From IMG/VR virus record IMGVR_UViG_3300021375_000013, positions 35,765 through 99,764 of that record: a stretch of DNA of 64,000 bases, one strand, 5' to 3'. The translations under genes and the position numbers were made by a program. Under the pieces are notes generated by a model that saw nothing but the letters and a program-made list of their open reading frames with translations, was not told where the DNA came from and did no database searches. Below are positions 1 through 9,287 of this stretch, piece after piece. Positions within the stretch are counted from its first letter, which is position 1. Each line of letters starts with the position of its first letter. The DNA is from a virus.

Positions 1-2
1 TG

Positions 3-3000
3 TACATTCTTGGTGGTACTGAATTAAGACAGGGTGATGTTAGGGCATCTATATTCTATGATAAAGATACTACATCAAGATATCTGAATCCAAATGGTAC
101 ATCAAGAGTAAACGAAATTGAAATCACCGATACTATAAGAATGACTAATTATGGTATTGGTATTACTGGTACATATACATCGACAAGATTACAAACTATC
201 TTTAATATGGATGACCAGTATTCCATCGCACAAGATGGTAATGCTACCAATAATGCATATGGTTTATATTGGTCTCACCCGAATGCAGGTTCATTAGGTG
301 GTGCTAACAACTTAAATGACCATGGTTTATTGATTATCAATAATGGTTCATTTAGAGCGGCAATATCAAGTAGAGCAGTATTTAGTTCTGATGTTAGAGG
401 TACACAATTCTATGATTACAATAACACAGGATATTATGTAAATCCAGCTGGTCAATCTCATATGAATACTCTTACCTTAGCAGGTAATAGAATTGGATTC
501 ATCAATCCAGCATTTGATGCTGAAATTAGAGTATCTGATAGTAACCCAGATGGAACTGGTGCAGAATTTACATTCTATGGTGATACTGGAGCTAGAAATG
601 CACAACTTTCAGCTGAAGTAGGTAGTTTTAACGCAAGAGTTAGAACACCTATAATGTATGATTACAATGATAGTGGATATTATGTTGACCCTAATTCACT
701 TACTAATCTTAATAACTTAACTGTACAAGGTACATTAAACTTAAATGGTACTGTTGATTTAGGTGATGATTATGAAATAGATGTTCATAAAACAATAGCT
801 ATTAACTCAACATTAAATGCAAGTGGAACTCAAGCTCGTAGATTTGAAATTGCTAGAATTGCAATGGATTATAACGATTGGAATGGTACTGGTACATTTG
901 AAGTAGAATTACATGAACAATATTATGGTAGAGGTTCTAAAAAGACATACCAAGTATTTTGGGGATATAACAACGCTTACCAAGTAAGATTAGTTGATGC
1001 TAATATTTATGGTAACAATCATTTTAGAGTAACGATTGGTTCCCCAGTAACAATTAGTGGTGATATTAGATATGTACCTGTTTATGTAGATGTAAGATAC
1101 TATACTCAGGTAAAAGCAAGAGTTAGAACTACTAGGTCTGTAACTTATACTGATAATACACCTGCTAGAAGTTGGGCATATATAAATAAATCACCAGGTG
1201 CATCTAACATAGGAGATTTTAGTGCTGATAATATTATTTATAAAACTGAATCAAATATTGCAGCAGATATTTTCTATGATGCAAACAATACTGGTTACTA
1301 TGGTAACTTCGCCTCTACATCTTATATGAATGATGTAAGAGCTAACATTTTCTACGAAAGAGAAAACACCGCATACTACTTTGGTAGTTCACAGGGTGAT
1401 GCAAGAATGCGTAACGTTAGATTTAATGAAGTTAGAATTGAAAACGGCGTTACAATTCAATCTGTAAATGGTAATGGTAGAATTTATCTTGGTGGTAACT
1501 TCCACATAGATGCTCAAAATGGTAATGATTTATACCTCAACTATTATTCTGGTCGAAGAACAAGAACTTACTATTCATCAAATAGAGAAGCTTGGAGGTC
1601 TGATACTGACGGTATTGTTTATGCATTCAACCAACATCGTTCACCAATCTATTACGATTATAATAATACAGGTTATTACTCTGACCCTTCAGGCGCTTCT
1701 AATTTCAATACATCTATAAGAGCAACTGAGATTTACGCAAGAAACTGGTTCAGAAACGATAATAGTGGTGAAGGTTTATACAACCAAGCAACTGGAATGC
1801 ATTGGTATTCTGATTCATCATCTCGTTGGAGATTATATTCTGGTAGTTCATCAACTGCACAAATTTTATTCACAACATCTGGTAACTCAGCTAGAGGATA
1901 TGTTTACGCAACTAACTCAAATGAAATCGGTTTCTTAGATGCTGGTGGAAGTTGGGCAATGAGACATCAAAATGATAATGGTACTTATTTCTATACTGAT
2001 AATAGTACATTAGAATTCAGAGTAGGTAGAGATACCGTAACTGGTAACTATGGTACTGTTCAAACTTCATCTACTAGAGGTGGTTGGGGTGGATACTCAA
2101 TCAATGGTGGTTGGGTGTTTATGCATGACCACTCAAACGCAGCTGGTATCTTTAACGATTACGAAAATGAGTGGGCTATCTATATGTTGAGAAACTCATA
2201 TGTTGAGTTGATGTACAATGGTACTTGGGAATTGGCAACTCGGAGTGGATATGGTTTAGCTAGAGGTTCAATGAGAGCACCTCTATTCTATGATTCTAAT
2301 GATACTGGATATTATATAGACCCTAATTCAACATCGAATACTGCACTTCGTATGAGAGGTGGAGCATTATTTGGACCAAACCAAAGTTGGGGTGAATACC
2401 TTGCAGTTGGTGGTAATGGTAGATGGACTAGTTCTTACGCAAGTGTTGCTTCAACAAATGGTAACTTACACTTAGATGCAAGAAGTGGAAGAAGTATGTA
2501 CCTAAACTGGTATACTGGTGGTACTGTTTATGTAAATGGTGCAATGCAAGCAAACATTTACTACGATAGAGATAGTACTTCTTATTATGGTAACTTTGCT
2601 TCTACATCTTATATGAATGATGTAAGAGCTAATATTTTCTATGATAGAAATAATACCGCATATTACTTTGGTAGTGGTTCTGGTGATTCTAGATTCAATA
2701 GAGTAACTGGTAATTACTTCATCAATGATGGTTCAGTATCATCAGATGATAGATTTGGTATATTCTGGTCATCTGATAGAAGTGAAGCATACGCAATCTT
2801 TAGAGAATCAGGTGGATGGTCTTATAGATATCCTGATTTAAGAATCGCATTCCATACGGGTATTAAGTTTGGAGCAAACTCATCTTACAATGGTATGCGT
2901 TTCTACAACGATTACAATATGGCAACGCAGGTGATGTCTGTTAACAACGCTACTGACCCATTGGGTGGAAACAATGTGTATGTTAACTACAACCTACAAG

Positions 3001-4283
3001 CTGGAGATTCGTTAAGAGCACCAATCATTTATGATTCAAATAATACTGGTTATTATTTCAATGGTGCATCTGCACACTCTACGAGATTCGAAGGTGTGAG
3101 TAATAGAACGATGGCTTATATGGGATTACCTGGTCATACGAGAAATAGTGGTGAGTATTATAGAAGTAGACCTCGTCAAACTGGTGATACTAACTATTGG
3201 ACTGGTGCTTATGGTTGGGGTAGACAGGATATGAATGTTGTTTCAACTTGGGGTTCTGGTTTCATCGATTCTTGGAGTAATCCAGGTAACCAACCTTCAG
3301 GTACATCTCACTGGGTAGGGATGCAAGCATTCCACTATCGTAGTTCAAACACAGGTGGTTATGGATGGCAAATGGTTGGTGGACCAATTACCAACTTGAG
3401 ATTCAGAAGTTCTTGGAGTGGATGGAGAAGTTGGAGAACTATTCCTGTTCTTGATGAGAATAGTAGTAATGGTGGTTCAATGTATGCTGGTAGATATTAT
3501 GATTCAAATAATACTGGTTACTACACAGACCCCGCATCTACATCTCAAATGAGTAGTATATATGTAAACAATTGGTTTAGAGCACAAGGTTCAACAGGTC
3601 TTTACTTCCAAGATAGAGGATATGGACTTCGTTCAGTTGGTGATGAAGGTGGACAATACGGAACTGTTTCTACATATGGTAGTATAAACGGATGGGAAGG
3701 ATGGTCAATGAATGGTCGTTCACTATTAATGCACAACAATAGTAGTTCAACTGGTTTATATAATGATGTAAATAATGAGTGGTTATGTGAAGCTATTCAC
3801 AACTCTCACTTCTACATTCACTATAATGGTAGTTGGAAAGCAAGAACTGAAAGTTGGGGTCTTAGAATTAACGATAACTTATACGCTGAGGGTAACGTAA
3901 TCGCTTACTACTCAGATATGAGATTAAAGGATAAAGAGGGTGATATTGAAAACGCTCTTGAAAAAGTTGGTAAACTTAATGGTTTCTATTATAGAAACAA
4001 TAAGGAAGCCAATATGATTGGATGGGGTGGAACTGAGCTACAAGTCGGTGTATCTGCACAAGATGTTAAATCAGTTCTTCCTGAAATTGTACATCCTGCT
4101 CCAAAAGCTGAGAGATTGGGATATGATTATATGACTGTTGATTACGATAGGTTAACTCCATTATTAGTTAACGCAATCAATGAACAAAATGATATAGTTA
4201 AATCACAAAAAGAAGAAATTGAATATTTAAAGTCAGAACTCTCTGAATTAAAAGAGATGATGAAAGAATTATTAAACAAATAA
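3..4283 (+). CDS. Long tail fibre / receptor-binding protein with C-terminal peptidase S74 intramolecular chaperone (5'-truncated)
   Basis: Frame is open from position 3, upstream of the listed Met at 141. About 10 copies of an RA(P/N)IFYDxNNTGYY(x)DP-type repeat. C-terminal YYSDMRLK...ALEKV..LNG..Y...VDYDRLTPLLVNAI plus coiled coil is the S74 chaperone signature. Confidence 0.85.
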   Translation, partial: YILGGTELRQGDVRASIFYDKDTTSRYLNPNGTSRVNEIEITDTIRMTNYGIGITGTYTSTRLQTIFNMDDQYSIAQDGNATNNAYGLYWSHPNAGSLGGANNLNDHGLLIINNGSFRAAISSRAVFSSDVRGTQFYDYNNTGYYVNPAGQSHMNTLTLAGNRIGFINPAFDAEIRVSDSNPDGTGAEFTFYGDTGARNAQLSAEVGSFNARVRTPIMYDYNDSGYYVDPNSLTNLNNLTVQGTLNLNGTVDLGDDYEIDVHKTIAINSTLNASGTQARRFEIARIAMDYNDWNGTGTFEVELHEQYYGRGSKKTYQVFWGYNNAYQVRLVDANIYGNNHFRVTIGSPVTISGDIRYVPVYVDVRYYTQVKARVRTTRSVTYTDNTPARSWAYINKSPGASNIGDFSADNIIYKTESNIAADIFYDANNTGYYGNFASTSYMNDVRANIFYERENTAYYFGSSQGDARMRNVRFNEVRIENGVTIQSVNGNGRIYLGGNFHIDAQNGNDLYLNYYSGRRTRTYYSSNREAWRSDTDGIVYAFNQHRSPIYYDYNNTGYYSDPSGASNFNTSIRATEIYARNWFRNDNSGEGLYNQATGMHWYSDSSSRWRLYSGSSSTAQILFTTSGNSARGYVYATNSNEIGFLDAGGSWAMRHQNDNGTYFYTDNSTLEFRVGRDTVTGNYGTVQTSSTRGGWGGYSINGGWVFMHDHSNAAGIFNDYENEWAIYMLRNSYVELMYNGTWELATRSGYGLARGSMRAPLFYDSNDTGYYIDPNSTSNTALRMRGGALFGPNQSWGEYLAVGGNGRWTSSYASVASTNGNLHLDARSGRSMYLNWYTGGTVYVNGAMQANIYYDRDSTSYYGNFASTSYMNDVRANIFYDRNNTAYYFGSGSGDSRFNRVTGNYFINDGSVSSDDRFGIFWSSDRSEAYAIFRESGGWSYRYPDLRIAFHTGIKFGANSSYNGMRFYNDYNMATQVMSVNNATDPLGGNNVYVNYNLQAGDSLRAPIIYDSNNTGYYFNGASAHSTRFEGVSNRTMAYMGLPGHTRNSGEYYRSRPRQTGDTNYWTGAYGWGRQDMNVVSTWGSGFIDSWSNPGNQPSGTSHWVGMQAFHYRSSNTGGYGWQMVGGPITNLRFRSSWSGWRSWRTIPVLDENSSNGGSMYAGRYYDSNNTGYYTDPASTSQMSSIYVNNWFRAQGSTGLYFQDRGYGLRSVGDEGGQYGTVSTYGSINGWEGWSMNGRSLLMHNNSSSTGLYNDVNNEWLCEAIHNSHFYIHYNGSWKARTESWGLRINDNLYAEGNVIAYYSDMRLKDKEGDIENALEKVGKLNGFYYRNNKEANMIGWGGTELQVGVSAQDVKSVLPEIVHPAPKAERLGYDYMTVDYDRLTPLLVNAINEQNDIVKSQKEEIEYLKSELSELKEMMKELLNK
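1296..2673 (+). repeat. Near-identical ~92 bp internal duplication in the tail fibre gene (1296-1387 vs 2582-2673)
   Basis: Both copies encode YYGNFASTSYMNDVRANIFY(E/D)R(E/N)NTAYYFGS and share long identical DNA runs (tctacatcttatatgaatgatgtaagagctaa). Confidence 0.85.
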
Positions 4284-4287
4284 TAAA

Positions 4288-4530
4288 ATGGCATTAGAAA
4301 AATTAGTAGTTTTAAACAAATTAGAAATAAACGTACAAAATCCTTCAATGGATGTTGTAAAGAGAGTTTCTTTTATGGAAGATGGTGTTGAAATTAGTAG
4401 AAGGCACGAAGATGTTCACTACGATAGTTTCAATGAAGCACATTTAATAGCTAGTGAATCTGCATTCGTAATAGAAGCTTGGAATCATGTATCATCAAGT
4501 TGGGTAGAAACTTCTGGAAGTATATCTTAA
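4288..4530 (+). CDS. Small tail-fibre-associated protein
   Basis: Follows the fibre. MALEK...EDGVEISRRH pattern is typical of small fibre-adjacent phage proteins. Confidence 0.55.
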   Translation: MALEKLVVLNKLEINVQNPSMDVVKRVSFMEDGVEISRRHEDVHYDSFNEAHLIASESAFVIEAWNHVSSSWVETSGSIS

Positions 4531-4625
4531 TATTTGTGTTTAATTAAAATTGGTTATATTTATAGGTGATTGTTTTCCGTTTGGGGAACAACCTATATAC
4601 TTATATATATAAAAAGGAAAATAAA

Positions 4626-5018
4626 ATGGCAGTAACTTATTCTTGGGGTGTAACCCAAATGACTAAAAAAACGATAGGTGATCTTGAAAACGTAATTTTA
4701 CACGTTAGATGGACATGTATTGGTACTGAAGGAGCTACCGGAACTGAAGGTAGATTCGTAGGAGCTACTCCACTAGATTTTGATTCAGGTTCATCTGATG
4801 AATTTGTAGCATTTGGAGAACTAACTGAAGAGTTAGTAGCTGGATGGGTATCATCATCAGTAACAAGTCCATCAACTGGATATTGGGACCACATCTCAGA
4901 ACAAATTCAAAAGAAGATTGATGAGGTTGATGATGCTAGTGAAGAAATCGGTATGGAGGACTTACCTTGGTCAACAGGTTCAGTAACTCCAACACCAGTT
5001 AGTGGTTCTGGAGATTAA
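4626..5018 (+). CDS. Tail-fibre-associated/assembly protein (start corrected to ATG 4626)
   Basis: MAVTYSWGV...VILHVRW...F..F.ELTEE.V..WV...LPW pattern; AAGGA lies 7 nt upstream of ATG 4626. Confidence 0.55.
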   Translation: MAVTYSWGVTQMTKKTIGDLENVILHVRWTCIGTEGATGTEGRFVGATPLDFDSGSSDEFVAFGELTEELVAGWVSSSVTSPSTGYWDHISEQIQKKIDEVDDASEEIGMEDLPWSTGSVTPTPVSGSGD

Positions 5019-5091
5019 TTAATGGTTTCAACGTTTTAGTTATATTTATATTTGTAATAACTAAATTGTTTATTTAATAAACGGAGATAAT

Positions 5092-7392
5092 ATGGCAGAA
5101 AGAATTGTATCACCTGGAGTATTTACGAGAGAAAATGACCTTTCGTTCTTAGCACAAGGGGTAGGAGAAATTGGAGCAGCGTTCATCGGACCTTTCAAAC
5201 AAGGACCAGCGTTTGTTCCCACAATAGTTCGAACTCAAAGTGAGTTTGAAGATAAATTTGGTACACCTGATGGTACTTACTATACAGAATATGCAGTGCA
5301 GAACTATTTAAGGGAAGCAGGAAGTGCAACTATTGTTAGAGTAGCAGGTGTAGGTGGTTATAACCAAGCAGACCCAATTGGTATCGCAACATCTGGTTCA
5401 GCTGGAATAAAAATAATTGCAACACTTCACTCAACACATAATGGTGATGAATCTGTTGGATTTCCTTCTACTACAATAACAGATGTAGCAGGAACATCTG
5501 GTTCTTTTGTTATTACTGGTAGTGGTATTACTGGATTTACATCTTCTTTAAATGAAAAAGATAATTATGATGTAAGTGATGTATTTGGTTCTAATGCAAG
5601 AGGTTCGAAAAATGCATATGTTTATTCTTACTTTAAGAATGCATATAGTGGTTTAGAATCATCAGAAGGTCTAGTACAGGAGGTTACATTACCAACTCAA
5701 GACTTTGCTTATGATGCTCAAACTGCATCAACGCCATTCGTAAAATCACAACTAATCTCCGGTGAAAGATACGACCTATTTAAGTTCCATACTTTAGGAC
5801 ATGGTAATGGTGAAAATAAAAGATTTAAAATCTCTATATCAAATGTAAAAGCAGCAGGTGAAGATGGTGGAACTGATTATTCAGTATTTACTGTAACTGT
5901 TCGTTCTTACTCTGATACTGATAAGAGAAAAGTAGTATTAGAAACATTTAGTAATGTAAACTTAGACCCATCATCTCCAAACTATATTGCGAGAGTAATT
6001 GGTGATAGATACAATACAATTGATTCAAATGGTAAAATTACTGAATGGGGTGATTGGATGAACAATTCATCTTACATCAGAGTACAAGTTGGTGAGCAGG
6101 GTTCTTATCCTGTATCAGCCGCACCATTTGGACATGGAGCATATACTAACCCAATTAAAGCAACTATTGAAACTCAGATTCCTGAAGCTATATTCCAAAC
6201 TGGTTCTATCGCTAACACAGCTGGTAACCCACAATTTTATGCTGGATTTGATTTTGAATCAGTTGGTATAAAAGAAGATAACGCTAATTACCTAAATCCT
6301 ATTCCTGATGGAGCTGGAGCTGGTTCAAATGTAGCATTTGGATTTGATGGTAACGTAAGTGGAGTTGGATTATCATTAGAAATGACTGGTTCAGCAACAG
6401 CTGATATGATTAAGAGACAATTCTCATTAGGATTCCAAGGAGGATTTGATGGAATGAGCCCGAATAGAGAAATCGCTTTAGGTTCTACAATCTCAGCTGG
6501 AAATTCGCAAGGATTTGATTTAACTGATTCTACTGCTAGTGGTTCAGTTGCATACTCAAAAGCTGTGAACGCAATTTCAAACGCTGATGAATATGATATT
6601 AATATGGTAGTAACTCCAGGTATTGTAAGAAGATTACACACAGCAGTTGTTACTGATGTGATTGATATGGTAGAAGCTAGACAAGATGCATTCTACATTA
6701 CTGACTTAAGTTCAGTAAACGATACAATCGCACAAGTAACTACTGAAGCTAATAAAATCGATTCGAACTATGTAGGTTCTTATTATCCTTGGGTTAAGAC
6801 AGTAGATACAAATACTAACAAACTAATCTCAGTACCACCTTCAGTACTATTACCTGCTGTGTACGCAGCGAATGACGCTATTGCAGCTGAATGGTTCGCA
6901 CCTGCTGGTTTAAATAGAGGAGGTATTATTGGAGCAGTTTCAGTATTGAATAGATTAACACACTCTGAAAGAGATACTTTATATGAAAACAAAGTAAACC
7001 CAATCGCAACTTTCCCTGGACAAGGTATTGTGGCATTCGGACAGAAAACGTTGCAAGATAAAGCATCAGCATTAGATAGAATCAATGTAAGAAGATTGTT
7101 AATCAACGTTAAGAAATTTGTAGCATCTACATCTCGATTCTTAGTATTCGAACAAAATACGGCATCGACTAGAGGTAGATTCATCAACACTGTACAACCT
7201 TACTTAGAAGGTATCCAACAAAGACAAGGATTGTACGCATTTAAAGTAGTTATGGATGAGACTAACAACACACCTGATGTTGTTGATAGAAACATATTGG
7301 CTGGACAGATATTCCTACAACCTGCTAAGACCGCTGAATTCATTGTAATTGATTTCAACATCTTACCAACTGGAGCATCGTTCTCAGCATAA
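5092..7392 (+). CDS. Tail sheath protein (T4 gp18-like)
   Basis: N-terminal SPGVFTRENDLS; C-terminal WFAPAGLNRG, NKVNPI, GQKTLQ..SALDRINVRRL, FEQN, P.KTAEFI. Confidence 0.95.
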   Translation: MAERIVSPGVFTRENDLSFLAQGVGEIGAAFIGPFKQGPAFVPTIVRTQSEFEDKFGTPDGTYYTEYAVQNYLREAGSATIVRVAGVGGYNQADPIGIATSGSAGIKIIATLHSTHNGDESVGFPSTTITDVAGTSGSFVITGSGITGFTSSLNEKDNYDVSDVFGSNARGSKNAYVYSYFKNAYSGLESSEGLVQEVTLPTQDFAYDAQTASTPFVKSQLISGERYDLFKFHTLGHGNGENKRFKISISNVKAAGEDGGTDYSVFTVTVRSYSDTDKRKVVLETFSNVNLDPSSPNYIARVIGDRYNTIDSNGKITEWGDWMNNSSYIRVQVGEQGSYPVSAAPFGHGAYTNPIKATIETQIPEAIFQTGSIANTAGNPQFYAGFDFESVGIKEDNANYLNPIPDGAGAGSNVAFGFDGNVSGVGLSLEMTGSATADMIKRQFSLGFQGGFDGMSPNREIALGSTISAGNSQGFDLTDSTASGSVAYSKAVNAISNADEYDINMVVTPGIVRRLHTAVVTDVIDMVEARQDAFYITDLSSVNDTIAQVTTEANKIDSNYVGSYYPWVKTVDTNTNKLISVPPSVLLPAVYAANDAIAAEWFAPAGLNRGGIIGAVSVLNRLTHSERDTLYENKVNPIATFPGQGIVAFGQKTLQDKASALDRINVRRLLINVKKFVASTSRFLVFEQNTASTRGRFINTVQPYLEGIQQRQGLYAFKVVMDETNNTPDVVDRNILAGQIFLQPAKTAEFIVIDFNILPTGASFSA

Positions 7393-7444
7393 TATAAAAA
7401 TTTGAACAACTAATATTTATTAGTATAAAGAGGAAAATAAAAAA

Positions 7445-7933
7445 ATGGCAGAAGTATTAGAATTTAACGAAATGATGTTCACCAACTTCGAACCGAAGAT
7501 GAAGAACAGGTATATCATGGAGATTGATGGAATTCAATCTTATTTGATAAAAGCCGCAGCTAGACCATCTATCAATTTCGAAACTGTGAAGTTAGACCAC
7601 ATTAACACTTATAGAAAACTACAAGGTAAAGGAGAGTGGCAAGATATCTCTATTACATTGTATGACCCAATCGTTCCAAGTGGAGCACAACAAGTGATGG
7701 AATGGGTAAGGTTAGGATATGAATCTTTAACTGGTAGAAAAGGATACGCAGATTTCTACAAAAAAGATATCGATTTCTATATGTTAGGACCTGTTGGTGA
7801 TAAAATCGAACAATGGAAGTTAAAAGGGGCATTCATTCAGGCAGCTAACTTTAATGATTTATCTTTTGAATCAAATGACCCAGCTGATATCGAACTAACT
7901 CTTTCATACGATTACGCTATTTTAGAATTTTAA
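7445..7933 (+). CDS. Tail tube protein (T4 gp19-like)
   Basis: Directly after sheath; FEPK..NR, W.DISITLYDPI.PS..Q.VMEW, W.LKGAF, LTL.YDYA. Confidence 0.9.
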   Translation: MAEVLEFNEMMFTNFEPKMKNRYIMEIDGIQSYLIKAAARPSINFETVKLDHINTYRKLQGKGEWQDISITLYDPIVPSGAQQVMEWVRLGYESLTGRKGYADFYKKDIDFYMLGPVGDKIEQWKLKGAFIQAANFNDLSFESNDPADIELTLSYDYAILEF

Positions 7934-7965
7934 GATATTATCCACTACTATCTATATATTTGAAG

Positions 7966-7992
7966 AAGGTTCTCTTAGTGAGAACCTTTTTT
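7966..7992 (+). terminator. Rho-independent terminator after the tube gene
   Basis: AAGGTTCTC-ttagt-GAGAACCTT followed by a T tract. Confidence 0.8.
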
Positions 7993-8050
7993 CGTTTTAC
8001 AACTTTTTAGTTTTGATATACTTATATATACAAACAAATAAAGGTTAATT

Positions 8051-8824
8051 ATGAGCGAAAATAAATTTGATTTCCCAACTGAGGTAGTGGATTTACCATC
8101 AAAGGGATTACTTTATCCAGAAGGACACCCTTTAAGAAAGGGAAATATTGAGATTAAATATATGACAGCAAGAGAAGAAGATATTCTTGCATCTCAATCT
8201 CTAATCAAAAAAGGTGTAGTATTAGATAAGTTATTTGAATCAGTAGTTGTAGAACCAGGTGTAGATATTAATGATATCTTCATTGGTGATAAGAACGCAA
8301 TTCTGTTAGCAACTAGAGTAATGGGATATGGTTCAGAATATAAAGTAGAAATAACTGACCCATCTACATTAGAAGAGCAAGAGGTAAGTATTGATTTATC
8401 TAAGGTAAAAACAAAAGATTTTAATGAATCATTATTAAATGGTGAAAATCTTTATAAATTTAAATTACCAAAAAGTGGGACAGAGTTGGAATTCAAACTT
8501 CTAACACATGGTGATGAAACCGAAATCACAAAAGAAAACCAAGCATTAGCTAGATTGTATAAAGGAAAAGGAGATACTACATTTGATGTAACAACTCGTT
8601 TGAAATATATGATTCAATCGGTAGATGGTAATGAAGATAGGGGATTTATTACTAAGTGGGTATCAAACTCATTCTTGGCATTGGATACTAAAGCATTCAG
8701 AAAATATGTAAGAGAAATCAGTCCAGATATGGATTTAACATTCAACTTTGTATCAGAGTTGACGGGTGAGGAGGAGGCGCTCGATATCCCCTTTGGGGCC
8801 GGGTTTTTTTACCCTTCCGAGTGA
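8051..8824 (+). CDS. T4 gp26-like baseplate hub / tail assembly chaperone
   Basis: LPSKG..YP, IKYMTAREEDIL, GDKNAIL...R..GYG, C-terminal IPFGAGFF; located between tube and tape measure. Confidence 0.75.
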   Translation: MSENKFDFPTEVVDLPSKGLLYPEGHPLRKGNIEIKYMTAREEDILASQSLIKKGVVLDKLFESVVVEPGVDINDIFIGDKNAILLATRVMGYGSEYKVEITDPSTLEEQEVSIDLSKVKTKDFNESLLNGENLYKFKLPKSGTELEFKLLTHGDETEITKENQALARLYKGKGDTTFDVTTRLKYMIQSVDGNEDRGFITKWVSNSFLALDTKAFRKYVREISPDMDLTFNFVSELTGEEEALDIPFGAGFFYPSE

Positions 8825-9017
8825 TTACTCGATTCAATTACATAATCAAATTTGGGAACTGGTTAACTTTGGTAATGGATTTACTTGGAGAGATGTTTAC
8901 TTCATGCCAATACAATGGAGAAAGTTTTACTTCAAAAAGTTATTAGACCTCAAAAAGAAAGAAGCAGACGAATACAAAAAAGCAGAACGTAAATCAAAAG
9001 TAAGGGTTAGGAAATAA
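8804..9017 (+). CDS. Frameshift extension of the tail chaperone (+1 frame ORF without its own good start)
   Basis: Overlaps the upstream gene in the +1 frame across GGGTTTTTTT; encodes LHNQIWELV..G.GFTWRDVYFMPIQWRKFY. Confidence 0.6.
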
Positions 9018-9032
9018 TCCTTACTTTTTTTT
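8997..9032 (+). terminator. Rho-independent terminator
   Basis: AAAGTAAGGGTTA-ggaaa-TAATCCTTACTTT (one G-U pair) followed by a T tract. Confidence 0.7.
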
Positions 9033-9075
9033 TATCCAATATTTATAGTAGTATAAAACTATAAAGAAACTAATC

Positions 9076-9279
9076 ATGTCAAAAAAAGAAATAAATGAAC
9101 TAAATATGGTTTCTCGATTCATAGGAGATTTTTTCGATGGATTGCAAAAAGGTACTGCTAATAGAATAATTAAAAAAGCATCTGATAGAGGTTTACCCAA
9201 ATCTTTCACAGATAAAATGGAAAAAATTAGAAAAGAAAAAGCAGAACTAGATGACCTTATAAAGAAATATTCAAAATAA
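9076..9279 (+). CDS. Small basic hypothetical protein upstream of tape measure
   Basis: 67 aa ORF preceded by the ATATTTATA motif; begins MSKKEINE. Confidence 0.6.
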   Translation: MSKKEINELNMVSRFIGDFFDGLQKGTANRIIKKASDRGLPKSFTDKMEKIRKEKAELDDLIKKYSK

Positions 9280-9287
9280 ACTCCTAA

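Noticed and set aside
1296-2673. Diversity-generating retroelement TR/VR pair
   Set aside because: Both copies are in-frame within one gene, differences are mostly synonymous C/T changes rather than adenine-specific, and no reverse transcriptase is in the window.
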